DNA of 19,598 nt from a virus. Taxonomy: Duplodnaviria; Heunggongvirae; Uroviricota; Caudoviricetes. The translations under genes were made by a program, and so were the position numbers. Under the pieces are notes generated by a model. It was not told the origin of the DNA. It was given only the letters and a program-made list of their open reading frames with translations, and made no database searches. The DNA lies in IMG/VR virus record IMGVR_UViG_2526164634_000022. The stretch is one strand, 5' to 3'. Shown piece after piece: positions 1 through 7,944 of this stretch; positions within the stretch are counted from its first letter, which is position 1; every line of letters begins with the position of its first letter.

Positions 1-1254
1 ATGCTGGAACAAATGGGCATTGCCGCGAAGCAAGCCTCGTATAAATTAGCGCAACTCTCCAGCCGCGAAAAAAATCGCGTGCTGGAAAAAATCGCCGATG
101 AACTGGAAGCACAAAGCGAAATCATCCTCAACGCTAACGCCCAGGATGTTGCTGACGCGCGTGCCAATGGCCTTGGCGAAGCGATGCTTGACCGTCTGGC
201 ACTGACGCCCGCACGGCTGAAAGGCATTGCCGATGATGTGCGCCAGGTGTGTAACCTCGCCGATCCGGTGGGGCAGGTAATCGATGGCAGCGTACTGGAC
301 AGCGGCCTGCGTCTTGAGCGTCGTCGCGTACCGCTGGGGGTTATTGGCGTGATTTATGAAGCGCGCCCGAACGTGACGGTTGATGTCGCTTCGCTGTGCC
401 TGAAAACCGGTAATGCGGTGATCCTGCGCGGTGGCAAAGAAACGTGTCGCACTAACGCTGCAACGGTGGCGGTGATTCAGGACGCCCTGAAATCCTGCGG
501 CTTACCGGCGGGTGCCGTGCAGGCGATTGATAATCCTGACCGTGCGCTGGTCAGTGAAATGCTGCGTATGGATAAATACATCGACATGCTGATCCCGCGT
601 GGTGGCGCTGGTTTGCATAAACTGTGCCGTGAACAGTCGACAATCCCGGTGATCACAGGTGGTATAGGCGTATGCCATATTTACGTTGATGAAAGTGTAG
701 AGATCGCTGAAGCATTAAAAGTGATCGTCAACGCGAAAACTCAGCGTCCGAGCACATGTAATACGGTTGAAACGTTGCTGGTGAATAAAAACATCGCCGA
801 TAGCTTCCTGCCCGCATTAAGCAAACAAATGGCGGAAAGCGGCGTGACATTACACGCAGATGCAGCTGCACTGGCGCAGTTGCAGGCAGGCCCTGCGAAG
901 GTGGTTGCTGTTAAAGCCGAAGAGTATGACGATGAGTTTCTGTCATTAGATTTGAACGTCAAAATCGTCAGCGATCTTGACGATGCCATCGCCCATATTC
1001 GTGAACACGGCACACAACACTCCGATGCGATCCTGACCCGCGATATGCGCAACGCCCAGCGTTTTGTTAACGAAGTGGATTCGTCCGCTGTTTACGTTAA
1101 CGCCTCTACGCGTTTTACCGACGGCGGCCAGTTTGGTCTGGGTGCGGAAGTGGCGGTAAGCACACAAAAACTCCACGCGCGTGGCCCAATGGGGCTGGAA
1201 GCACTGACCACTTACAAGTGGATCGGCATTGGTGATTACACCATTCGTGCGTAA
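1..1254 (+). CDS. proA: gamma-glutamyl phosphate reductase (ProA)
   Basis: 417-aa ORF starting at window position 1; translation ([24 protein letters not shown]...) recognised as enterobacterial ProA; thrW follows, as in E. coli chromosomes. Confidence 0.95.
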   Translation: MLEQMGIAAKQASYKLAQLSSREKNRVLEKIADELEAQSEIILNANAQDVADARANGLGEAMLDRLALTPARLKGIADDVRQVCNLADPVGQVIDGSVLDSGLRLERRRVPLGVIGVIYEARPNVTVDVASLCLKTGNAVILRGGKETCRTNAATVAVIQDALKSCGLPAGAVQAIDNPDRALVSEMLRMDKYIDMLIPRGGAGLHKLCREQSTIPVITGGIGVCHIYVDESVEIAEALKVIVNAKTQRPSTCNTVETLLVNKNIADSFLPALSKQMAESGVTLHADAAALAQLQAGPAKVVAVKAEEYDDEFLSLDLNVKIVSDLDDAIAHIREHGTQHSDAILTRDMRNAQRFVNEVDSSAVYVNASTRFTDGGQFGLGAEVAVSTQKLHARGPMGLEALTTYKWIGIGDYTIRA

Positions 1255-1368
1255 ATAAAACCGGGTGATGCAAAAGTAGCCATTTGATTCACAAGGCCAT
1301 TGACGCATCGCCCGGTTAGTTTTAACCTTGTCCACCGTGATTCACGTTCGTGAACATGTCCTTTCAGG

Positions 1369-1444
1369 GCCGATATAGCTCAGTTGGTAGAGCAGCGCAT
1401 TCGTAATGCGAAGGTCGTAGGTTCGACTCCTATTATCGGCACCA
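1369..1444 (+). tRNA. thrW: tRNA-Thr (anticodon CGU)
   Basis: 76-nt sequence GCCGATATAGCTCAGTTGGTAGAGCAGCGCATTCGTAATGCGAAGGTCGTAGGTTCGACTCCTATTATCGGCACCA; 7-bp acceptor stem GCCGATA/TATCGGC, T-arm GGTTCGACTCC, anticodon loop with CGT, encoded CCA end. Confidence 0.9.
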
Positions 1445-1461
1445 TTCATACATCTCCCCAA

Positions 1462-1545
1462 GTCTACTAAAGTCTTTCAAAACCCCTTATAATCCACGTA
1501 TTAAAGCCCCGTTCGTCTTTTGACGTCTACTAAAGTCCCTCAAAA
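1462..1545. repeat. Two 21-bp direct repeats GTCTACTAAAGTC(T/C)(T/C)(T/C)CAAAA (1462-1482 and 1525-1545, 19/21 identical) between thrW and int; possible integrase arm-type or accessory-factor sites
   Basis: Direct repeat read from the sequence, 63 bp apart, in the attL-proximal region just upstream of the integrase gene. Function is inferred. Confidence 0.45.
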
Positions 1546-1609
1546 TCTACGGTCAGATGGGGGTACTTATGGGGGTATTTGCTGTTCGGTTTAGTGGAGG
1601 TACCCCCAA

Positions 1610-2824
1610 GTGAAACTCAATGCCCGTCAAATAGACACAGCCAAGCCAAAAGAGAAGGCTTACAAGCTGGCCGATGGTGGCGGTTTGTATCTCTTGGTAA
1701 AACCTAATGGAGGTAAATACTGGCGACTTAAATATCGTGTAGCTGGTAAAGAGAAGCTATTGGCACTAGGTGTGTATCCTGAGGTTACTCTAGCCGATGC
1801 TCGGGCAAAACGTGAAGATGCGAAAAGAGGTATCGCTGGTGGTATCGATCCGATGGAAGCGAAACGAGAGGAAAAGATTGCCCGGGAAACGCAGTTAAAC
1901 AACACCTTCAAAGATATTGCCCTTGAGTGGCACAGCAGCAAATTAAAAAAATGGTCTGCTGGTTATGCTTCAGACATCCTCGAAGCCTTCAACAAAGATG
2001 TGTTCCCTTACATTGGCAAAAAACCAATCGCCGAAATCAAACCACTTGAACTTCTGAATGTGCTGCGGCGCATCGAGGGGCGCGGTGCGACAGAAAAAGC
2101 CAAAAAAGTGAGGCAGCGGTGCGGGGAAGTTTTCCGCTATGCAATAGTCACTGGTCGCGCAGAGTATAACCCTGCACCAGACCTTACTAGCGCGATGCAA
2201 GGCCATGAATCTAATCATTACCCTTTCCTTACGACCAAAGAATTACCTGATTTTTTCAAGGCATTATCCAGTTACTCAGGAAGCGCATTGGTTGTTATGG
2301 CGGCTCGTCTACTGATTATCACCGGCTTGCGAACTGGCGAACTACGTGGCGCATTATGGGATGAAATTGATTTCAACAAGGCTATATGGGAGATACCCGC
2401 TTCACGTATGAAAATGCGGCGGCCTCATATTGTGCCATTGTCTGAGCAGGCTCTTTCGCTTATTGGGAAGATTAGAGAAATAACAGGCAATTACCCTCTT
2501 ATGTTTCCCGGGCGCAATGATCCAAGGAAAACAATGAGTGAGGCCAGCATAAACCAAGTGTTTAAGCGCATTGGCTACGCTGGACGTGTAACTGGTCATG
2601 GGTTCCGACACACTATGAGCACGATTTTGCATGAGCAGGGCTATAACACCGCGTGGATAGAAACGCAGCTCGCTCACGTTGATAAGAACTCAATTCGTGG
2701 CACATACAACCATGCGCAATATCTGGATGGACGGCGGGAGATGCTTCAATGGTATGCCGACTATATGGATTCTCTCGAGCATGGCGGAAATGTGGTGCAT
2801 ATGGTGTTTGAAAAACACGCATGA
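1610..2824 (+). CDS. P4-family tyrosine integrase (site-specific recombinase)
   Basis: 404-aa ORF with GTG start at 1610 and GGAGG 9 nt upstream. N-terminus (MKLNARQIDTAKPKEKAYKLADGGGLYLLVKPNGGKYWRLKYR) is typical of P4-type integrases; C-terminal catalytic region has HGFRHT and a downstream RGTYNHAQY tyrosine motif. Sits directly 3' of a tRNA gene. Confidence 0.9.
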   Translation: MKLNARQIDTAKPKEKAYKLADGGGLYLLVKPNGGKYWRLKYRVAGKEKLLALGVYPEVTLADARAKREDAKRGIAGGIDPMEAKREEKIARETQLNNTFKDIALEWHSSKLKKWSAGYASDILEAFNKDVFPYIGKKPIAEIKPLELLNVLRRIEGRGATEKAKKVRQRCGEVFRYAIVTGRAEYNPAPDLTSAMQGHESNHYPFLTTKELPDFFKALSSYSGSALVVMAARLLIITGLRTGELRGALWDEIDFNKAIWEIPASRMKMRRPHIVPLSEQALSLIGKIREITGNYPLMFPGRNDPRKTMSEASINQVFKRIGYAGRVTGHGFRHTMSTILHEQGYNTAWIETQLAHVDKNSIRGTYNHAQYLDGRREMLQWYADYMDSLEHGGNVVHMVFEKHA

Positions 2825-3251
2825 AACAACTGGACAAGTATACAGAGGTTTACTAAAGTATAGGGGAGTAGATTGATAAAAACTCACAGAGGATTGCTAT
2901 TTAACAGTTAGCCCTGGAGAAGGGCAATCGCTCTTTTATAAACGAAGGTGTATTGAGCCTTCTACGCTGCTGAAAAGCGGAATGTTCTTTAACAGGCTTT
3001 GGCGCTGACAAAGCGCAATTGTTCTTTAAAACTACTGGATGTCACGCCTAATAGCGTGATCCTGCCGAAATGCAGGGTAGCTCTACCCTTGTGGAGCAAA
3101 CAAACCAAAACAATCTGACTATCTTTTATAAAAGACCGCAATATGTTTTTCATATTGTGGTCTTTGGCGTATTCGACATTTGACGCAAATAAAACTCTCG
3201 CCATTCGTTGCAGGAGGGGGTTATTGCGTCATTAGTACAGGATATTAATAA

Positions 3252-3455
3252 ATGGCTAATTACAATTCATTAATTCGTCTCTCTGAAGTTCAAAGGCGAA
3301 CTGGTTATAGCAAAGCATGGATTTATCGTCTTATTAGTCAGGGGAGGTTCCCTAAACAGGTAAAAATTGGAAGTCGGGCAATTGCTTTTGTTGAGTCTGA
3401 AATAGATGAATGGATTGAGAAGTGTATATTAGAATCTAGAGACGAGGTGGCCTGA
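3252..3455 (+). CDS. alpA: AlpA-family transcriptional regulator / excisionase-like HTH protein
   Basis: 67-aa ORF; the motif LIRLSEVQRRTGYSKAWIYRLISQGRFPKQVKIGSRAIAFVESEIDEWI matches the AlpA/phage-Xis MerR-like HTH pattern; typical position after a P4-type int. Confidence 0.85.
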   Translation: MANYNSLIRLSEVQRRTGYSKAWIYRLISQGRFPKQVKIGSRAIAFVESEIDEWIEKCILESRDEVA

Positions 3456-3886
3456 TGGAAAAGAAAAACCGCCCATTACAGGCGGCTAATTCAGATATTC
3501 GCGTATCTGATGTTACGCCCCTGACAAAATCCCTTCAAGCACCAAAGCGCACGCCGAAAAAGCATCGTGCCCGAGTCTATATGCTGCGTACTGGTATAGA
3601 GGGATGGACAGAAAATGACATTCTTCGCTACTGCCGTCTGTCTTCTGGTCGTAACTATGCAACAGAGTTAGAACGCCAGCTCGGAATCACTCTGGAGCGT
3701 ATCGACGAAAAGAATCCTGATGGTATCGGAACACACCTTCGCTACCGTTTCTCCTGCCGTGGTGATGTTCTGAAAGTGATCACTCATATTAACCATCTTG
3801 CGAACATAAATGATCACAACGGACTTTCTCAGCAGGAAATTGCCGACATTCTGAAACTCTACCCGGACGCGTTTAACGCCGCCTAA
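3455..3886 (+). CDS. hypothetical protein (143 aa), translationally coupled to alpA
   Basis: ATG overlaps the alpA stop (TGATG); basic N-terminus; no family recognised by eye. Confidence 0.65.
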   Translation: MEKKNRPLQAANSDIRVSDVTPLTKSLQAPKRTPKKHRARVYMLRTGIEGWTENDILRYCRLSSGRNYATELERQLGITLERIDEKNPDGIGTHLRYRFSCRGDVLKVITHINHLANINDHNGLSQQEIADILKLYPDAFNAA

Positions 3887-3898
3887 CGGAGACTGAAA

Positions 3899-4732
3899 AT
3901 GAACATCGAAAAAAGCAGATTAATTTCTGAGGCTGCCCCTCATCTAAACGCCTCTCTGGGCACAATTAACGGTAATGAATTTGCCGCAATTGTCCCGGTT
4001 ATTCCTGGTCATATCGGTGGGCGTGAAACCAATATTGTTAGCGCAAAAGCGTTACACAAAGCGTTGGACGTGGGAAAAGACTTCTCTACATGGATCACTG
4101 ATCGCATCTCTGAATATGACTTCACCATTGGGCACGATTACTCAGTCCATAAAACTATTTCCCCAAATTTGGGGAAAATCCCGAATGGCGCGGCTTACAG
4201 CAAGATTAAGCAGTCTGGAAGACCCGGCAAAGACTATCTGTTAAGTGTCGGAATGGCGAAAGAACTGGCAATGATCGAACGCAATGATCAGGGGCGCGCT
4301 ATCCGTCGTTATTTCATCCAGTGCGAGGAAGAATTACAGCGTAGCGTGCCTGAAATCGCCGCCCGCTATCGTCGCCAGCTAAAAGCCCGTATCAGTGCCG
4401 CAAACAACTTTAAGCCAATGTGCGATGCGCTGAATATGGCCCGTGCCGAGATGGGGAAAACGACGCAGCAACACCACTACACAAACGAGAGCAATATGAT
4501 TTCTCGTATCGTTCTTGGTGGGCTAACTGCTAAGCAGTGGGCGCGGATAAATGGCTATTCTGGCGAACCTCGCGACCATATGAACGCAGAACAGCTTGAG
4601 CACCTCTCATATCTCGAAAGCACCAATATCACGTTAATTGATATGGGCATGGAATATGAGCAGCGCAAAGGAGAACTCACCCGCCTGTCGCAACGCTGGC
4701 TCGCTAAGCGTCTGGAGGCGGTCCATGTTTAA
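3899..4732 (+). CDS. AntA/AntB-type phage antirepressor-like protein
   Basis: 277-aa ORF with GGAG 7 nt upstream. N-terminal region (SAKALHKALDVGKDFSTWITDRISEYDFTIGHDY ... LSVGMAKELAMIERNDQGRAIRRYFIQCEE) resembles the AntA antirepressor domain; C-terminal half unassigned. Confidence 0.7.
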   Translation: MNIEKSRLISEAAPHLNASLGTINGNEFAAIVPVIPGHIGGRETNIVSAKALHKALDVGKDFSTWITDRISEYDFTIGHDYSVHKTISPNLGKIPNGAAYSKIKQSGRPGKDYLLSVGMAKELAMIERNDQGRAIRRYFIQCEEELQRSVPEIAARYRRQLKARISAANNFKPMCDALNMARAEMGKTTQQHHYTNESNMISRIVLGGLTAKQWARINGYSGEPRDHMNAEQLEHLSYLESTNITLIDMGMEYEQRKGELTRLSQRWLAKRLEAVHV

Positions 4733-4907
4733 GCCGACAGGAACACCACAACCTCAAAAACGCTACAAAGATGCCCACGGAGCACTCGTTACTGTCGAAA
4801 GCGTGTCTCACAACCGAGTGACGTTTTATCGCGACGGGTATCAATCGCCATGCGTACAACCGCTGGCACGTTTCATGAAGGAGTTCGCGGAGGTTAACAA
4901 ATGCTAA
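4725..4907 (+). CDS. small hypothetical protein (60 aa)
   Basis: ATG at 4725 with GGAGG 6 nt upstream, overlapping the end of the previous gene by 8 nt; in frame with the listed 4638-4907 ORF. Confidence 0.45.
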   Translation: MFKPTGTPQPQKRYKDAHGALVTVESVSHNRVTFYRDGYQSPCVQPLARFMKEFAEVNKC

Positions 4908-5968
4908 CCGCCCAGAAGAAGACATTTTCACTGGCTGGTATGTCGCCAAAATCCAGCAATATGACAGCAAAGTCAGGCATTAATACAGCAGATACAAGCA
5001 AAGTTTATCATTTGCTGGTGGTAGGAGCGGATGCCTTAACTATGTCAGAAATTACGGTCGATGGTGTTAGCGTTGAGAAGGTCAGCGGCTGCGCCAGAGA
5101 ATTTCTGGTCGTAGATGGCTTTCTCTGCTCGCGTAGTGACTCCACAAAAACCTTCGTCCACGCGCGTGACGTTAACGAAATGAGCGCGATGTACTGTGCT
5201 TCTGGTTCTTCCAATAGTGAGTTTTCGGAGTCCATAAAAAAGAGCTTGCCGTTATGCGGCAACACGGTTTATGGTTATAAGGCACCTCATAAAACGGGTG
5301 CCGGGATTGGCGTCCTGGTAAATCGAATGGCGACATATGACGCGCCGAGCGTCTTTTTTTATGTCGTAGGTCTGACTCACCCATTTTTTGGGCGTTGGTG
5401 TATAATCCAGCGCCTTTGTCAATCAATGGTGGCTCAGGCAGGGGCTTCTTCGGAAGCGCCGGTATCCATTCGAGCCGGTTACGCCAACCCTGTCTGGGCT
5501 ACCACCAGCGAAATTGGCGTTTCCGGTGGTAGCGTTACATGCTATCGAATGGAGGCTGCCACATGCTGGCTACTACCCCTACCCAAAAACCGCAATTTAT
5601 CTGGATTATCGCCGCAGTTCGCCGCGATTGCCCGACAATTACCGCCAAAATTCATCATATTGCTGCCGAGTCTGAACGCGATGCTCGCCGTTCTCTGGTG
5701 CGCGATCACGTCTGCTTTTTTGCTGGTCGTATCCGCATGGAGGTGGCACATGATTAAAACCTACGATGTGCATATGGATCCCCTCGAACGCACAAGCCAG
5801 ATCATCACACTGACAGAAGTGATTAACGACATTCTGGTGAGCAACTCTCCCTCACGAGACGAAAGACTGAAGGCGTTACTCGCGATATTGGATCTCGCCG
5901 TTCGTGACGTTCATTTCCTGCTGGAAGGTGGCGAAATGCCAGTAAAAACGGGGGAAACCAATGAATAA
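4901..5968 (+). CDS. long ORF of uncertain structure; 4901-5560 looks coding, the 3' part overlaps two better-supported small genes
   Basis: ATG at 4901 with GGAGG 9 nt upstream; the frame stays open for 355 codons, which is unlikely by chance; no recognisable family. True end unknown. Confidence 0.3.
   Translation: MLTAQKKTFSLAGMSPKSSNMTAKSGINTADTSKVYHLLVVGADALTMSEITVDGVSVEKVSGCAREFLVVDGFLCSRSDSTKTFVHARDVNEMSAMYCASGSSNSEFSESIKKSLPLCGNTVYGYKAPHKTGAGIGVLVNRMATYDAPSVFFYVVGLTHPFFGRWCIIQRLCQSMVAQAGASSEAPVSIRAGYANPVWATTSEIGVSGGSVTCYRMEAATCWLLPLPKNRNLSGLSPQFAAIARQLPPKFIILLPSLNAMLAVLWCAITSAFLLVVSAWRWHMIKTYDVHMDPLERTSQIITLTEVINDILVSNSPSRDERLKALLAILDLAVRDVHFLLEGGEMPVKTGETNE
5563..5757 (+). CDS. small protein, possibly Icd-like (P4-family host cell division inhibitor-like)
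   Basis: ATG at 5563 with GGAGG 7 nt upstream; 64 aa ([57 protein letters not shown]...); the resemblance to Icd-like proteins is from memory, not a search. Confidence 0.45.
   Translation: MLATTPTQKPQFIWIIAAVRRDCPTITAKIHHIAAESERDARRSLVRDHVCFFAGRIRMEVAHD
5750..5968 (+). CDS. small hypothetical protein (72 aa)
   Basis: ATG at 5750 with GGAGG 6 nt upstream; overlaps the previous stop (ATGATTAA); first gene of a chain of coupled small genes. Confidence 0.5.
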   Translation: MIKTYDVHMDPLERTSQIITLTEVINDILVSNSPSRDERLKALLAILDLAVRDVHFLLEGGEMPVKTGETNE

Positions 5969-6155
5969 CTCAATTAATACCCCTCGCCTTACGTCCGCAC
6001 TTCAATTAATCGAGCAAGCAGCGGCTGTCCTGGTTGCTGTCAGTCTTTCGGCTGAAGAAATGGACGCTACTGATGTCGTGGATGCGATTAAAGCGTGCTC
6101 ATCTTTGGTTAACGATGCCCGTGCAGAGCTGGTAATTCTTGGGGGTGAAAAATGA
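5961..6155 (+). CDS. small hypothetical protein (64 aa)
   Basis: ATGAATAA start/stop overlap with the upstream gene; G-rich RBS upstream. Confidence 0.5.
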   Translation: MNNSINTPRLTSALQLIEQAAAVLVAVSLSAEEMDATDVVDAIKACSSLVNDARAELVILGGEK

Positions 6156-6415
6156 ATATCAACTTAATTTATCGTCATCCGTGTGAGCTGGAAATTGAAT
6201 CATTGCTGAGCCGTGAAGAGCCATATCCAGACACATTCACTCTTGCAGATCGCACGACTGAACGGCTTACCAGAGCGCGCACAGGTCTGGTTCATGTGAT
6301 GAATGAGATTCTTCCATCGGTGGGAGGGGAACAGGCGACAGTAATCACTAGCTGGCTACAAAAAGTTACCTCTCTGATAGATATCAGTTTAATCGATGCG
6401 GAGAGTGCGAAATGA
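6152..6415 (+). CDS. small hypothetical protein (87 aa)
   Basis: ATGA start/stop overlap; GGGGGTGA RBS upstream. Confidence 0.55.
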   Translation: MNINLIYRHPCELEIESLLSREEPYPDTFTLADRTTERLTRARTGLVHVMNEILPSVGGEQATVITSWLQKVTSLIDISLIDAESAK

Positions 6416-6633
6416 CCAACATCCAGCTCATTGAAGCGCAATGTCGCATCGAACAGGTTCAGACTGTTTTAGGGTTCTGGCTTGAAGGGGCCAGCCCCAG
6501 CAACAGAGACAAGTTAATGATTGGCGCGGTTATGTCACTGCTCAATGGCGTACCAGAAGCTATTCAGGAAGCAGACGAATTGTTGGGCAAATATGAGTTA
6601 CAGAATCATTCAGGCGAGGCGAAACATGAATAA
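6412..6633 (+). CDS. small hypothetical protein (73 aa)
   Basis: ATGA start/stop overlap; GGAGAG RBS upstream. Confidence 0.55.
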   Translation: MTNIQLIEAQCRIEQVQTVLGFWLEGASPSNRDKLMIGAVMSLLNGVPEAIQEADELLGKYELQNHSGEAKHE

Positions 6634-7228
6634 TTTCTTAACTTTCCATGCAGAAGCAACGCCTGACGGCGTAAACATCATGCACCGCAGCAACGATGGC
6701 ATGACAGAACGCGTTGAGACCGTCTCATATATTGATGCCGTAAATCGTCTGGATGCCGGGGATTATGACGATAAACCAGATGAAGGCATGTCAATACATC
6801 TCGCTATAGCCGATGGCGGCAACCAGGGATATTTCGATTACACATCACAGCATAACGTCATTATGTGGAGATGGCTGATCGCAACAGTATTCATGCTGGA
6901 AATGAGAGAGGAAAACGGCACTGTCAGCATCATTGATGATACTGGCAATCCTTCCGAAGTGGCTGTTTATTCCAACGGCATCGTCGCCATGCCGCTGTAT
7001 CCAGTAGCAGAGCGCCTCGCTATGGCAAACAACATTGAGGGCGCGATGATAGAACGTTTTGGCATCGAGTCTGGCACAGAACGCGCCATCATTTTCTACA
7101 GAGCCATGATGGATGTGGAACAAGGAGCACTGACTCCATTTGGTCGTGAAACGCTTGCTGAACTTCACAACAGCTTTATAGCTGAACTGAATGAAAACGG
7201 CATGCCAGCGGAACCAGTGACGCACTGA
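6626..7228 (+). CDS. hypothetical protein (200 aa)
   Basis: Most likely start is ATG 6626 (ATGAATAA overlap with the upstream stop), not the longer 6521 ORF; part of the coupled operon. Confidence 0.6.
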   Translation: MNNFLTFHAEATPDGVNIMHRSNDGMTERVETVSYIDAVNRLDAGDYDDKPDEGMSIHLAIADGGNQGYFDYTSQHNVIMWRWLIATVFMLEMREENGTVSIIDDTGNPSEVAVYSNGIVAMPLYPVAERLAMANNIEGAMIERFGIESGTERAIIFYRAMMDVEQGALTPFGRETLAELHNSFIAELNENGMPAEPVTH

Positions 7229-7238
7229 GGATGGAGCC

Positions 7239-7580
7239 ATGATTACTAAAAATTTCCGACTGAATGCGCTGGCAAATAAGTATGCGTCGGCACTGTATAA
7301 CCACATTACCTCCACCAGCGGCGGGGACTATTTCATGGTTGATGCGGACGGCGAGGCCGTACGTGTGGAAATCGTCAATGGAGTAAAAGGCGTTCGCAGC
7401 CTGATCGATAGCTACACACTGGCAGCCATGAAAGTGTTCTACCCGCAGTGGGAAACCGTGGGGATCGAGCTTCTTGAGCGTTGCGTCACTAAGGACGGAT
7501 TGACTGACGTCGGGCGTGAGATATGGCAAAGCATGGTTAATGACATGGGCGCAACTGTAGCGGGAGGTTCTCATGCGTGA
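7239..7580 (+). CDS. hypothetical protein (113 aa)
   Basis: ATG with GAGGATGGAG upstream; 10 nt after the previous stop. Confidence 0.6.
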   Translation: MITKNFRLNALANKYASALYNHITSTSGGDYFMVDADGEAVRVEIVNGVKGVRSLIDSYTLAAMKVFYPQWETVGIELLERCVTKDGLTDVGREIWQSMVNDMGATVAGGSHA

Positions 7581-7944
7581 AAATGCAGAAATGGCGCTTA
7601 GCTCCGCAATCGGAGAGCAGGTGGCAAAGATTGCTGGTGCTGTGTGGATTCATAACCTTCATTCTACTGGTGAAGAGAAAATGGCAATTCAGACGCCAGA
7701 GGGACGCACCATTACTACATCTCTGAAGCCGTCAGATGTTTGTGATCTGATTTGCGCATTCATGTACCCAGCAATGAGGACTGTCCACGGCGATAAGTGG
7801 AAACTTGCGACAACCGCTGAATTTGATATGTGGCTAAACAATGATGGCATGCTGACTGATTACGGAATAACCAAGTGGCAGATGCTGGTTAGCCATATCG
7901 CAAACGCTATAGACCACGTGGGGTACGGTGATGCGAAACATTGA
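7573..7944 (+). CDS. hypothetical protein (123 aa)
   Basis: ATG with GGGAGG RBS; overlaps neighbours at both ends. Confidence 0.6.
   Translation: MRENAEMALSSAIGEQVAKIAGAVWIHNLHSTGEEKMAIQTPEGRTITTSLKPSDVCDLICAFMYPAMRTVHGDKWKLATTAEFDMWLNNDGMLTDYGITKWQMLVSHIANAIDHVGYGDAKH

Noticed and set aside
741-1335. Minus-strand ORFs of 103 and 129 aa inside or overlapping proA
   Set aside because: Antisense to a well-supported conserved gene; no RBS; typical spurious ORFs in GC-rich coding sequence.
1339-1354. Palindrome TTCACG-TT-CGTGAA just upstream of thrW
   Set aside because: Lies in the native thrW promoter region outside the island; probably host regulatory sequence and cannot be assessed further here.
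1660-2887. Several 60-93 aa ORFs on both strands overlapping the integrase gene
   Set aside because: Nested in or antisense to the integrase ORF; no independent support.
2989-3204. 71-aa minus-strand ORF in the int-alpA intergenic region
   Set aside because: No RBS and no recognisable product; the region more likely holds the alpA operon promoter.
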